NCBI GenBank assembly: GCA_002418835.1
Contig: DIEX01000034.1
Location: 225,926-289,925 of the forward strand
Length of the DNA: 64,000 nt
Source of the DNA: Spirochaetia bacterium UBA5763
Lineage (GTDB): Bacteria; Spirochaetota; UBA4802; UBA5550
Reading direction: 5' to 3'
Below are positions 27,338 to 37,274 of the stretch, one piece after another. The notes beneath the pieces were generated by a model. It searched no databases and had not been told where the DNA came from. It worked only from the letters and a program-made list of their open reading frames with translations. The position numbers were made by a program, and so were the translations under genes. The stretch's first letter is position 1. Each line of letters opens with the position of its first letter.

Positions 27338-28252
27338 ATGATAAAGGAATATGGAATTATTAATGGGAAGCTTATTCCCGCGTCTGCGGGCGAGGGTGCT
27401 GTAATTATATATATTGATCCTGATGAGAAGACAAGAAAAGAACTTGTTGAGAAATATGCAATAGATGAACATACACTCAGTTCCGCACTTGACCCTGACG
27501 AACTTGCAAGGATTGAGTTTGAACCTGAACATTATGCGATAATATTTAAAAGGCCTAAAAATTATTCAGGCGCCGAGCAGTTTCTATTTCTTGTATCATC
27601 CTTCGGTATGTTCTGGTACAGGGATAAACTATTGATTGTGATATCCGAGGATATAAATTTTTTTGAGGGTAAGATATTCAACAGAGTAACCTCGATCGAA
27701 GATGTGGTGCTGAAAATTATGTATGCCACTATTTATCACTATCTCGGGCACCTGAAAGTAATTAATATGATATCTGATTCACTTGAACAGAAAATTAATA
27801 CATCGATGCAGAATGAGTTTCTGATAAACCTCTTCAGTCTTGAGAAAAGCCTTGTCTACTACCTCAATGCCATAAATTCAAACGGAGCGCTTATAAGCAG
27901 GATGAAGCAGAATGACAGAAAAATAAGCTTCTCCCCTGAGAGCCTTGAGATTATTGATGATATCAGGATTGAAAATGAGCAGTGTTATAAGCAGGCGGAG
28001 ATTTACTCAAACATTCTTGCGGGCCTCATGGACGCCCGTGTTTCAATTGTAAGCAACAATCTGAACATATTGATGAAGAAGCTGAATATATTCACAATTG
28101 CGATTATGGTGCCTACCTTTGTTGTAAGCGCGTTCTCAATGAACGTAAGGATACCGCTCAGCGATCACACCGAGGCTTTTTATATTATACTGGGGCTTGC
28201 TCTGCTTTCAGTCGGCGGGTTCTATTTTTTCTGGAGATACAAAAAGTGGTAG
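27338..28252 (+). CDS. CorA-family divalent cation transporter-like protein
   Basis: A cytoplasmic N-terminal domain, then two C-terminal TM helices with an SMN motif (variant of GMN) in the loop (SAFSMNVRIP). The start was chosen at GGAG-N7-ATG. Confidence 0.55.
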   Translation: MIKEYGIINGKLIPASAGEGAVIIYIDPDEKTRKELVEKYAIDEHTLSSALDPDELARIEFEPEHYAIIFKRPKNYSGAEQFLFLVSSFGMFWYRDKLLIVISEDINFFEGKIFNRVTSIEDVVLKIMYATIYHYLGHLKVINMISDSLEQKINTSMQNEFLINLFSLEKSLVYYLNAINSNGALISRMKQNDRKISFSPESLEIIDDIRIENEQCYKQAEIYSNILAGLMDARVSIVSNNLNILMKKLNIFTIAIMVPTFVVSAFSMNVRIPLSDHTEAFYIILGLALLSVGGFYFFWRYKKW

Positions 28253-28295
28253 ATGTCCGCTGAATCCCGTGGGACAAGCGGACATTGAAAATGTA

Positions 28296-28766
28296 TCAGC
28301 CCCCTGCTGTCTGAGGGAACGCTGTGTTGCTGTAGAGATATTCGACCTTCTCTTTATGCTTCATCTCTTCATTGGCCATCTTCATGAGTACATCCTTTAC
28401 TTCTCCCGCAGGCTGCGCGTCAGAAAGGCTTTTGTAGAAATTATAGGAATTTAATTCCTTATGTGCTGCTACAAGGTAAACATCCTTTGTATCAACATCT
28501 TTTTTGATGTCAGGAATGTCGAGATGCTCCGCTATCTTGTAATCAACAACTGTACTCATGCCGAGAGCCGCGCTTCCGAATTTTCCGCTTTTGTACGCAA
28601 CAAGGAATTCCTTGTGTTTTACTTCTTCATTCGCAAGAAATTTCAGAGTGTCTTTAATCTGCGCGTCTGTCATTTTGTTATAAAGATCCATGTAGAAGTT
28701 GTAAGCTTCCTCTTCTTTGCTGATTGCTACATCAAGCAGCAGTTCAAGAGTTTTATCACCGGCCAT
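28296..28766 (-). CDS. Ferritin-like / rubrerythrin-family diiron protein
   Basis: Two E-x(2)-H-containing helices (ANEEVKHKEF and ANEEMKHKEK). A strong RBS (AGGAGGAATATA-ATG) supports the start at 28766. Confidence 0.6.
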   Translation of the reverse strand: MAGDKTLELLLDVAISKEEEAYNFYMDLYNKMTDAQIKDTLKFLANEEVKHKEFLVAYKSGKFGSAALGMSTVVDYKIAEHLDIPDIKKDVDTKDVYLVAAHKELNSYNFYKSLSDAQPAGEVKDVLMKMANEEMKHKEKVEYLYSNTAFPQTAGG

Positions 28767-29000
28767 TATATTCCTCCTGTTAAATAAATACCCGCCCTGT
28801 AGGTACGGGGAAAACACTTGAATGTATAGTATTTAAGAATATGTTAAAAGTCAAGGTTTTTGTTCAGGAAAGGTTAAAGATAATTATTCAATGTCTGTAC
28901 TGTATTAACTTCATGTTAAATAAAGCATGATTCAGGTAATTTCTATTTGCCTCTAACTGCCGGACAAAGTTATTTTAAATATTCTTTCACCGGGAGGTTT

Positions 29001-29711
29001 ATGATGAAAAGAATTCAGGTTATTCAGCATGTCCCTTTTGAAACTCCGGGCTGCATAATTCACTGGGCAGAGGACATGGGTTACACTGTTGCAGCAGCAC
29101 ATCTTTACCGGGGAGATAAACTTCCTGAAATATCTGACTTTGATCTTCTTGTGGTAATGGGCGGGCCCATGTCTGTTCATGATACAGCCATACATCCCTG
29201 GCTGAAGGACGAGAAAAAATTTATTCATGCATCTGTTTCGTCAGGAAAAAATGTTGTGGGTATATGCTTAGGGGCGCAGCTTATTGCTGAGGTTCTGGGG
29301 AGCCGGGTGAGGAGTAACGGTGAAAGGGAGATAGGGTGGCACAGGATATTCAGATCAGACGAAAGTTCGGGAGCAGGGATCTTTGATGTGATACCTGACG
29401 GCTCGGAGGTGTTTCACTGGCACGGTGAGACTTTTGATATACCTCATGGTGCTGTGCACGGATTCTCCTCCGACTGCTGCCGTAACCAGGCTTTTCTTTT
29501 TGACAAAAGGGTTCTTGGACTGCAGTTTCACCTTGAGGTTACACCTCATCTGCTTCATGAAATGATAGATAACTGTCGTGGTGAACTTCTCCCCTCTGAA
29601 TATGTTCAGGAGGAGGAGCTCATAATCTCCGGAATGAAACATATAAGGGAGAATAACAGTGTGATGTATGCTTTGCTGGATAAACTGGATTCTGCAGACA
29701 TACATTCATAG
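29001..29711 (+). CDS. Class I glutamine amidotransferase-like protein
   Basis: GATase1 catalytic Cys in a G-x-C-x-G context (VGICLGAQL) plus the downstream His. A GGGAGG RBS is present. Confidence 0.7.
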   Translation: MMKRIQVIQHVPFETPGCIIHWAEDMGYTVAAAHLYRGDKLPEISDFDLLVVMGGPMSVHDTAIHPWLKDEKKFIHASVSSGKNVVGICLGAQLIAEVLGSRVRSNGEREIGWHRIFRSDESSGAGIFDVIPDGSEVFHWHGETFDIPHGAVHGFSSDCCRNQAFLFDKRVLGLQFHLEVTPHLLHEMIDNCRGELLPSEYVQEEELIISGMKHIRENNSVMYALLDKLDSADIHS

Positions 29712-29754
29712 CCGCAGTCCCTGAACTGACGGCCGGGACTGCATGTGCACAGGA

Positions 29755-30495
29755 TTATTCAGGTGTTGTCTCAATTATCAGTGTTTTAATATCCTCAATT
29801 GATGCTTTCATAATAAACTCACCGCGTATCTCTGCAACAGGGAAATATATTGTGTTTCCGTAACCGCTGTCCGCAAGCCGTGAGCTGAGATCAAAGAAAG
29901 CGGCGTTCCCCATAAGGTTAAGCTCCTTCAGTGTGAATGGGATTTTCTCTGATTTAATCTTCGCGATAAGTTTTCTGCTTTCCGGGGAACCCTCAGTATA
30001 TAAAATTACGTCCGCTGCATTCAGGGAAGGCTTAACTGAGTCAAATTTTACGGTGAGAGATTTTTTCCTCTCCGGCCTCCATAACGGGCTTTTTATTTTC
30101 CGCTCTTCACTTTTTGTCACTTTCTCTCCGCGCAGGGCTTTTTGAATATCTTCCATAGACGGCCTTATCAGCATCTGCCCTTTAATGTCAAGCACCGGGA
30201 ATCTTGCTGTTCCCGCGCCGGAGAGTTTCCTGTACATCTCCTCCTGGTATGTGCCGTAAAGTTCAACATCACGATATGTATATGGAATACTGGCGGATTC
30301 AAGCCATCCCCGGGTTTCACGGCAGTATCCGCATTTTTCATTTCCATAAAGAATAATGTCCGTAGGTTTATCCTGCGCCTGAAGAGATACATTCATGACG
30401 CTATAATCACCACAAAGCAGAATCAAGCAGATAAAAATAAAGGCTGTGGTTTTAATCAGGTTTATTCCGTATTTCATTTGTCTCCCCGGATTCAA
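29755..30495 (-). CDS. Secreted protein with two glutaredoxin-like domains
   Basis: Signal peptide, then a CGYC motif in the first thioredoxin-fold half and a second glutaredoxin-like half. Confidence 0.55.
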   Translation of the reverse strand: MNPGRQMKYGINLIKTTAFIFICLILLCGDYSVMNVSLQAQDKPTDIILYGNEKCGYCRETRGWLESASIPYTYRDVELYGTYQEEMYRKLSGAGTARFPVLDIKGQMLIRPSMEDIQKALRGEKVTKSEERKIKSPLWRPERKKSLTVKFDSVKPSLNAADVILYTEGSPESRKLIAKIKSEKIPFTLKELNLMGNAAFFDLSSRLADSGYGNTIYFPVAEIRGEFIMKASIEDIKTLIIETTPE

Positions 30496-30662
30496 TAATA
30501 ACTATATTATAAGATATATAGGTTTTCCTGTCAAATAAAAGCTTCTGCATATTACATGAGCTCTTGATTAAAATTTTATTTTTTGTAAATTGTAATTAAC
30601 ATGATTTTTAAGCTGACAGGTACATTGAATAAAGCCTGCTGATATTAGCGGAGCGTATTGAA

Positions 30663-31739
30663 ATGATTAATAAACAATCAATTATCATAATCCTTACAGC
30701 AGTTATATTGCTTTCCCCCGGATGCTCCTGCGGAAAAAAGACAAAGATTGCATTAATGACAAAGCTTGAATCCGGTTCTGTTGTGGGCGTCAGTGAAGTG
30801 AATTCTGCGAAGATGTTTCTTGAGGAGAAGGGTGTTGAGAATATAGAAATAGTTCCCTTTGATGATGCATGGGAGCCTGAAAAAACAGTCAAGGCTTACG
30901 AAGAGATAAAGAAGAGCGGCATAAACATAATTATAACCAGTCACACCTCATCATGCGCTGTTGCAATCAGTGAAGCTGTAAACAGGGACAGGGTGCTGAT
31001 GCTTGTAACAGGGGCTACCACGGATATTCTTTCTGATAAAGATGACTTTATATTACGTAATGTTCATGATGTGAGGCAGGAACAGAAACTGATTGCGCAG
31101 TACATGAAGTCCCGTGGTTTCTCTTCACTTCTTATTGTCAGGGATATTGAAAATGCCGCATATACAGAACCTGCTCTCCATTATTTCAGCCGGTATTACA
31201 ACGGTAAAAAAATAAAGACTATAGATATAAATATTTCGCAGTTTAATGCTGAAGCGCTGGAGAAGAGGGTGAGAGGGGTAAGTTTTGACGGACTCTATAT
31301 TCTGATAGGAGGCCATAAAGCTGCGGCCGGATCAGTTGCACAGTTAATAAGAACCATCAGGCCCTTTGTTCCTGTTATATACACTCCCTGGATGAAAACT
31401 CCTGCCATTGTTGAAACTGCGGGTGCTTCTATTTGCGACAGTATTTTTCCGTCAATCTATCCGGAGAGAGCTCTGCACAGCAATGTTGATTCATACCTAA
31501 GGAGATACAGGGAGAGATATAAAGAACCTCCCACATTTATCAGTCTTAATGTTTATTCAGCCATGCAGATCCTTAAAGAGGCCATTGACGCAGGGCATAA
31601 TGATCCCGGTTCAATAAAAAGTTTTATTCTGAGGGAGGGAACTATTCAGACAGACTTCGGCCCGGTTATGTTCAACAGATACGGTGATACTGAATCGCCT
31701 CTCTATTTTATCACAGATATCAGGCAGGAATTCAGATAA
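30663..31739 (+). CDS. Periplasmic binding protein (type 1 PBP fold) lipoprotein, partner of the following sensor kinase
   Basis: Lipobox (LLSPGCSC) followed by a LivK-like PBP1 domain. Its stop overlaps the start of the histidine kinase gene. Confidence 0.65.
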   Translation: MINKQSIIIILTAVILLSPGCSCGKKTKIALMTKLESGSVVGVSEVNSAKMFLEEKGVENIEIVPFDDAWEPEKTVKAYEEIKKSGINIIITSHTSSCAVAISEAVNRDRVLMLVTGATTDILSDKDDFILRNVHDVRQEQKLIAQYMKSRGFSSLLIVRDIENAAYTEPALHYFSRYYNGKKIKTIDINISQFNAEALEKRVRGVSFDGLYILIGGHKAAAGSVAQLIRTIRPFVPVIYTPWMKTPAIVETAGASICDSIFPSIYPERALHSNVDSYLRRYRERYKEPPTFISLNVYSAMQILKEAIDAGHNDPGSIKSFILREGTIQTDFGPVMFNRYGDTESPLYFITDIRQEFR

Positions 31740-34282
31740 TGAAATCAGCAAGGACTATTCTGCTTTTATCCGAAACGTTAACATTTATGCTGATGATGTT
31801 TTTGATTCTGTTTATTCTCTACTTTATGCAGATGCATATAAAATCCGGCTATATTAATATGCAGAAGCAGGATATCAGTAAAGTCGATATTATCATAAAA
31901 TCCTTTATAGATAAAAAACACTCCACCTTTAATAAAATTATTAAACCGGATGGGGCCAGGAGAGCTGCCGGATTCATGGAGGGATTTTCTGACCTTTACT
32001 ATCTTGACGGGAACCTGGAAGTTACTTCAGTTTTAAAGAAGAGTGCAGGGAGCACAATCTTCAGGGGATATGATTTCAGTACAAGTAAACCTGCCATTTT
32101 TTTTAGAACAGTAAAATCAGCGGAGCCTGTTAATTCAGGTATTATCATATCATCTGAATCCGAGTCCCCCGGGCTTTATCTGGCAGCAAAAGCCGGAAGC
32201 GGTCTTATCGTGGCCCGCGTTGATATTGAACAGCTTAAAGACACGCTTAAATGGTTTGGAGAATTCAGCAGCAATATTCTTCTGCTGGCAACCAGTGACG
32301 GTTATGTGCTTTCAAAAACTTCTGATATGATAAATCTTCAGATTCTTCCTGAGGGTGATTTTGCGGAGATAGATCTTGATGAGAAATACATGATGAGCAA
32401 GGGGCGCAGCGAAGCTGTTGAATGTGATATTGCTGTATTTACACCGCTTTCATCTGTGTATAGTCTTGTTGACTCCACGATGATTTATTACCCGCTTTTT
32501 ATTCTGATAATTTTTACAGTACTTTTCCTGAGAACATTTTTTGTGATGAAATTTTTTATTAAACCGGTTGAGAGTTTTATCTCTATCCTCACCGGATGGA
32601 TTCCGGGGAGCTGTATTATGCCGGTAAAAGGATTTCTCTACAGGATTAAGGAGATATCAATTCTTTTTGACACATTCAAAGACAAGAGTGAACAGATTGC
32701 TTCCGGAATCAATGAGCTTAAAGTGAAGGAAAAAGAGATGCAGGGGATGAAAAATTATCTGAAGAGCATCATTGATTCAATGCCTTCGATCATTATATCT
32801 ACAGATCACGATTGTCTGATTACTGAGTGGAATTCCGCTGCCGAACGTTTTACGGGTGTCTCTGCTGAAAAAGCTGAGGGTAAAAATCTTTTCAACGTGT
32901 TCCCGGAACTTGAAATAGTTGAGTGGAGTTTTAATGAAACAAGGCGAACCGGTCGCGCCTGCGAGGTGAAAAAAAGTTTTAACATAAACGGAATTGTAAC
33001 AGACATGAATATATATATCTTTCCCCATTCAGCATCCGGAGATGAGGGAATTGTCGTGAGGCTTGATGATATAACACTTTTTGAAAAAGCTGAAAGCAGC
33101 CTAAGACAGGCGCAGAAAATGGAGGTGATCGGTACACTGGCCGGCGGGCTGGCGCATGATTTCAATAATATTCTTGCCGGTATACAGGGTTCTGTTTCGA
33201 TACTTAAACTGAAAACTGACGGAAACGATGACCTCAATAAGCTCAGGCCAGTATATGAAAAGTATTTCGGTTACCTTGAACAGTCCGCAGAGAGATCGGC
33301 TGATATTATAGCCCGGCTCCTTACTCTATCAAGAAAACATGAAAGCGTTCACTTGAAAGTTGATCTTAATGAGGTACTTAATATTGTGGAGGGAATATGC
33401 CGCAGCAGTTTCGATAAATCTGTAGAAATCCTGGTAAAACCCTTTGGTATGGAAGCTCTTGTCAGGGGTGACAGCACTCAGCTTGAACAGGCTTTACTTA
33501 ATCTCTGCGTAAATGGTGCGCATTCAATGACGATAATGCGCGAAGATAATGAACATAAAGGGGGGACACTCTCTATAACGATGGGGAGAACATACCCTGA
33601 TCAGTATTTCCTGAAGACTCACCCTGAATCTTCGGCTGAGTATGAATACTGGAGTATATCTGTCAGGGACACAGGTGTGGGTATGACACGGGAGGTTCTT
33701 GCCGGGATGTATGATCCCTTTTTTACCACCAAGGGGAGAAAGGGGGGCTCGGGACTTGGCCTTACAATGGTCTATAATATTATACAGCAGCATGGCGGCT
33801 TTATAGATGTATATACTGAAAAAGGTGAGGGTTCGGAGTTTATAGTATATATCCCGGTGTTGCAGGGTGATTCAGAATCAGCGGTGAGTGAAACAGCGGG
33901 CGCAATCCGGAAAGGCACAGGTGTAATACTTGTTATTGATGATGAAGAGGTTATCAGGAAGGTGTCACAGGAACTTCTTTCAATATGCGGATTTAATGTC
34001 ATTACAGCAGAGGATGGTTATTCCGGAGTGAATCTCTTCCGGGAAAGAGCGGAAGAGATAAAGCTTGTTATGCTTGATGTTATAATGCCCGGGATGTCCG
34101 GGCTGGAAACATACAGCGAACTCAGGGCTATAAAGAGCGATGTTAAAGTTCTTCTTACTTCAGGTTTCAGAAATGAAGAGAAGATTCAGGAGGGCCTGGA
34201 ACAGGGGATAAACGGTTTTATCCAGAAACCTTTTACCATGACAAGGCTTTCTGACGCTGTATTTAAGATAATCGGTAATTGA
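31739..34282 (+). CDS. Hybrid sensor histidine kinase with TM sensor, PAS, HisKA, HATPase_c and a C-terminal receiver domain
   Basis: H-box (LAHDFNNIL), G-boxes (DTGVGM and GGSGLGL) and a receiver domain (VILVIDDEEVI...LDVIMPGMSG). Confidence 0.85.
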   Translation: MKSARTILLLSETLTFMLMMFLILFILYFMQMHIKSGYINMQKQDISKVDIIIKSFIDKKHSTFNKIIKPDGARRAAGFMEGFSDLYYLDGNLEVTSVLKKSAGSTIFRGYDFSTSKPAIFFRTVKSAEPVNSGIIISSESESPGLYLAAKAGSGLIVARVDIEQLKDTLKWFGEFSSNILLLATSDGYVLSKTSDMINLQILPEGDFAEIDLDEKYMMSKGRSEAVECDIAVFTPLSSVYSLVDSTMIYYPLFILIIFTVLFLRTFFVMKFFIKPVESFISILTGWIPGSCIMPVKGFLYRIKEISILFDTFKDKSEQIASGINELKVKEKEMQGMKNYLKSIIDSMPSIIISTDHDCLITEWNSAAERFTGVSAEKAEGKNLFNVFPELEIVEWSFNETRRTGRACEVKKSFNINGIVTDMNIYIFPHSASGDEGIVVRLDDITLFEKAESSLRQAQKMEVIGTLAGGLAHDFNNILAGIQGSVSILKLKTDGNDDLNKLRPVYEKYFGYLEQSAERSADIIARLLTLSRKHESVHLKVDLNEVLNIVEGICRSSFDKSVEILVKPFGMEALVRGDSTQLEQALLNLCVNGAHSMTIMREDNEHKGGTLSITMGRTYPDQYFLKTHPESSAEYEYWSISVRDTGVGMTREVLAGMYDPFFTTKGRKGGSGLGLTMVYNIIQQHGGFIDVYTEKGEGSEFIVYIPVLQGDSESAVSETAGAIRKGTGVILVIDDEEVIRKVSQELLSICGFNVITAEDGYSGVNLFRERAEEIKLVMLDVIMPGMSGLETYSELRAIKSDVKVLLTSGFRNEEKIQEGLEQGINGFIQKPFTMTRLSDAVFKIIGN

Positions 34283-34348
34283 CGGGGTTATTTTAACTGG
34301 TGATGAAGAAGAACAGAACAGCATAACTGATTTAAATAGATAAAAAAA

Positions 34349-34372
34349 GCCCGAACGTTAATTCGGGCTCTT
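34349..34372. terminator. Bidirectional intrinsic terminator hairpin (AGCCCGAA-CGTTA-TTCGGGCT) between the convergent sensor kinase and cspA genes
   Basis: A GC-rich 8 bp stem. On the minus strand it is followed by UUUUUUUA, and on the plus strand by CUUUAUCU. Confidence 0.7.
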
Positions 34373-34394
34373 TATCTAACGAATATAGATAAGT

Positions 34395-34595
34395 TTATAT
34401 CAAAGTGACCTCTACGGCTCTTGGTCCTCTGTCTGTCTTTTCAATATTAAACTCAACCTGTGCGCCTTCTTTGAGAGTCCTGAAACCCTCACCTATTATG
34501 CTTGAGTGGTGAACGAAGTAATCTTTTCCGTCTGTAGCGGAAATAAAACCGTAACCTTTCTGGTCGTTAAACCATTTAACTGTACCCTGAGACAT
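34395..34595 (-). CDS. cspA: Cold-shock protein (CspA family)
   Basis: The 66 aa product has the RNP1 motif KGYGFI and the RNP2 motif (VHHSSI). Its N-terminus (GTVKWFNDQKGYGFI) is almost identical to that of CspA. Confidence 0.95.
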   Translation of the reverse strand: MSQGTVKWFNDQKGYGFISATDGKDYFVHHSSIIGEGFRTLKEGAQVEFNIEKTDRGPRAVEVTLI

Positions 34596-34797
34596 GATTA
34601 AGCTCCTGAGATTTTGTTAAGGGTTACCCCTTAGGACATGGTGCAAAAAAAACTGTTCCGCTGATTACCTGGAAGTGACGAGGTAAGAAACAAGAAGAAT
34701 TTAATGAACCTGAACATCCATACGCCCTTTATACAATTTCAAAAAAAAAAGTCAATCTTTAAATGGGATTTTAATCTGAATTAAATTTTTTTACTGT

Positions 34798-36282
34798 TCA
34801 TCTCTCCACTCTGTTTCTTCCTTTTGACTTCGCCTTATAGAGAGCTGTGTCAGCTTTTGACAACACTGAGTCCATGGTGTCATCTTTTGTAAATTCCGCA
34901 ACACCGCAGCTTATGGTTGCCTTAATTTTTTTCTTACCGTTTCCGGAATAACCTGCCAGAGATTCAGCAAATATTGTACGGAGCCTCTCCGCCACAGCCA
35001 TGGCGTTTTCAGCATTACCGCAGGTGAGAATAATAAATTCATCCCCTCCCCACCGGAAGAGCGTGTCACTGAGCCTCAGGCTTTTTGCCGCAGCATCAGC
35101 CATCTGTTTAAGTATCTCATCACCCATGAGATGGCCCATGGTGTCATTGATCATTTTAAATCTGTCCATATCAATAATGATCAGTGAAAAGGGAGTTCCA
35201 TTGCGCTGGAAATTATATACTGCTTTTTTAAACTGGTGGTCAAACTCCTTCCTGTTATAAACTCCTGTGAGTTCATCTGTCACAGCCATGATGCTGAGCC
35301 TCCCCTGAAAATAGTTGGCTGTAGCTATGGCTATGGAGATAATTATACACGAAATAAGGAGACCTAAAAGGAGATTCATTTTTATCCCTGAGAGAATTCC
35401 GCTCATCCTTATCCCTTCATCAATCTCCACAAAAAGGAACCAGTCAAATTCAGGTATAAACCTGGTGGTGAGCAGTATGTGCTTCCCGTCTCTCTCGAAT
35501 TCATACATACCTGAAGTCTCTTTCCCGGAAAGAATTTTCTCCGCTGTCCCTGCGTATTCAGGCTGATTTTTGATGTTTATCTTCTCTATAATTGATTCAT
35601 CAGAGTGGACCTGGATTGTCCCTTCCCTGTCAACCAGGTATATTTCACTTTTATAGATGTCGTTATGCGATTTAAGCATCTGCGTGATGGCATCCAGGTT
35701 AAGTCCAACCCCCGTTACCCCTAAAAGCTCTCCGTGATAGCCCGTGAGCCTGTGATTGATAAAAACAGTGAGCTTACCACTTGATGCTTCATCAGTGTCA
35801 ACGTCGAGAACGTATTCTTTGTTAAGCTTTATAAAATTATAATACCAGACATCATGCGGATCAGCAGTTGAAATGGTTTTAAGAAGGCCTTTGAAATGGT
35901 AGTATTTACCGGTTTTCTCAGAGACAAAAAAGGCGGAGAAAAAACCGTATTTGTCCTGGATCGCTTTAAGGTACTTCTGAACCGTAGATATATTCTTTTC
36001 GCCGGAAATAGCCCAGTCTTTGAGAAATGTATCATTAGCCATGAGTGATGAGATAAATATAGGCCTGATGAGGTGAGTCTGAATCTCGGAATAGAGGTTG
36101 TCCCTGGTCAGGGGGAGTACGCTGTTCACAAGGTTCTCCCGCACAGACCTGTGGGCAGAACGGTAATTGATATAATTTGTTGTAATAAATGAAACAGCAA
36201 GGATAAATGTAAGTGATATTATCATCCTGCTCTTAATCGAAAGCCTTTTAAAGCTGCTTATTATGTTTTTCACTTTAATCAT
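34798..36282 (-). CDS. Sensor diguanylate cyclase (periplasmic Cache-like domain, TM, GGDEF)
   Basis: The C-terminal GGDEF domain has an intact RWGGDEF motif. The N-terminus has a TM, a sensor domain and a second TM. Confidence 0.85.
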   Translation of the reverse strand: MIKVKNIISSFKRLSIKSRMIISLTFILAVSFITTNYINYRSAHRSVRENLVNSVLPLTRDNLYSEIQTHLIRPIFISSLMANDTFLKDWAISGEKNISTVQKYLKAIQDKYGFFSAFFVSEKTGKYYHFKGLLKTISTADPHDVWYYNFIKLNKEYVLDVDTDEASSGKLTVFINHRLTGYHGELLGVTGVGLNLDAITQMLKSHNDIYKSEIYLVDREGTIQVHSDESIIEKINIKNQPEYAGTAEKILSGKETSGMYEFERDGKHILLTTRFIPEFDWFLFVEIDEGIRMSGILSGIKMNLLLGLLISCIIISIAIATANYFQGRLSIMAVTDELTGVYNRKEFDHQFKKAVYNFQRNGTPFSLIIIDMDRFKMINDTMGHLMGDEILKQMADAAAKSLRLSDTLFRWGGDEFIILTCGNAENAMAVAERLRTIFAESLAGYSGNGKKKIKATISCGVAEFTKDDTMDSVLSKADTALYKAKSKGRNRVER

Positions 36283-36434
36283 ATTTTTTTCAGATGTTTA
36301 TTTGTTATTAATTACATCAAATATAATACAACATACGGTATGCAATAAAAAAATACCTGATTTGAAATTGACAGAAGTATATATTATAATTTTATCTGAT
36401 TTAGTATTCCGGGTTAATGTTATTGGAGCAGTCT

Positions 36435-37274
36435 ATGAAAAAGTATCTTCTGATTTTATTTCTCTTCATCCCTTTTATGGCACAGAGCGGGGAAAACATC
36501 GTTTATCATTTCAGTTTTGTTGAGGGGAGCAGCACGTACATATTCGGAGAAAATGTCAGAGTGCGGAGAACTCCTGAAGTAAAAGAGGATAACATATCTG
36601 AAACGCTCGCCGCTGGACACTCTGTGAAGATTATTCAGAGAACCGATAAGCATATGGCGCAGAACGGGTTCAGGGAGTACTGGTGTAAAATCGGTTTCAC
36701 CAAAAACGGCAAAGAGATGCAGGGATATGTCTGGGGCGGGCTTATTGCAGCGGGTCATGTAAATATCGGAAAGGATCTTTTTCTCCTGGGTTTTAAAAAG
36801 TATGAGGATGAGCATGGCTTCAGCGGCGAATGCAGACTTATCCGTGAGGGTAAGATTATATCTGCTATTCCGGTGATGCTCCATTTTATACCATCAGGGG
36901 AGGGAAATCCTTTTTACGGCTACTCAATCTCTCTGAAGCTTAATGACAGCCTGGGGCTTGTAGGACTTGAAAATGTTGTGGCAATTAATAATGATTACGG
37001 CGCATGCGGATATCCCCACGGGAATGTATGGGTAGGTGCTGCGAAAGGTAAGCTTTATTATCTGGGAATTGATTCATCAGTATCTGAAGCCGGGGTGTTT
37101 CATTACGAGGAGCAGATGATATTTCCGTCGCAGGATAAAACACTGAAAGGGGAGGTGAGACTTGTAATTGAGAACTTTGAGTTTGATGAGAAGATCAATG
37201 ATTACAGACTCTCTGACAGGAAGGAGAAGCGGTACATCTGGAAAAATTATAAACTTGAGGAGAGGAAACAGTAA
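36435..37274 (+). CDS. Secreted hypothetical protein
   Basis: Signal peptide (MKKYLLILFLFIPFMAQS) with a GGAG RBS. No recognisable domain. Confidence 0.45.
   Translation: MKKYLLILFLFIPFMAQSGENIVYHFSFVEGSSTYIFGENVRVRRTPEVKEDNISETLAAGHSVKIIQRTDKHMAQNGFREYWCKIGFTKNGKEMQGYVWGGLIAAGHVNIGKDLFLLGFKKYEDEHGFSGECRLIREGKIISAIPVMLHFIPSGEGNPFYGYSISLKLNDSLGLVGLENVVAINNDYGACGYPHGNVWVGAAKGKLYYLGIDSSVSEAGVFHYEEQMIFPSQDKTLKGEVRLVIENFEFDEKINDYRLSDRKEKRYIWKNYKLEERKQ

Noticed and set aside
34349-34372. Considered whether the hairpin downstream of the hybrid kinase is only a plus-strand terminator.
   Set aside because: The U-tract is much better on the minus strand (UUUUUUUA) than on the plus strand (CUUUAUCU). 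It is therefore most likely the cspA terminator, acting bidirectionally at best.
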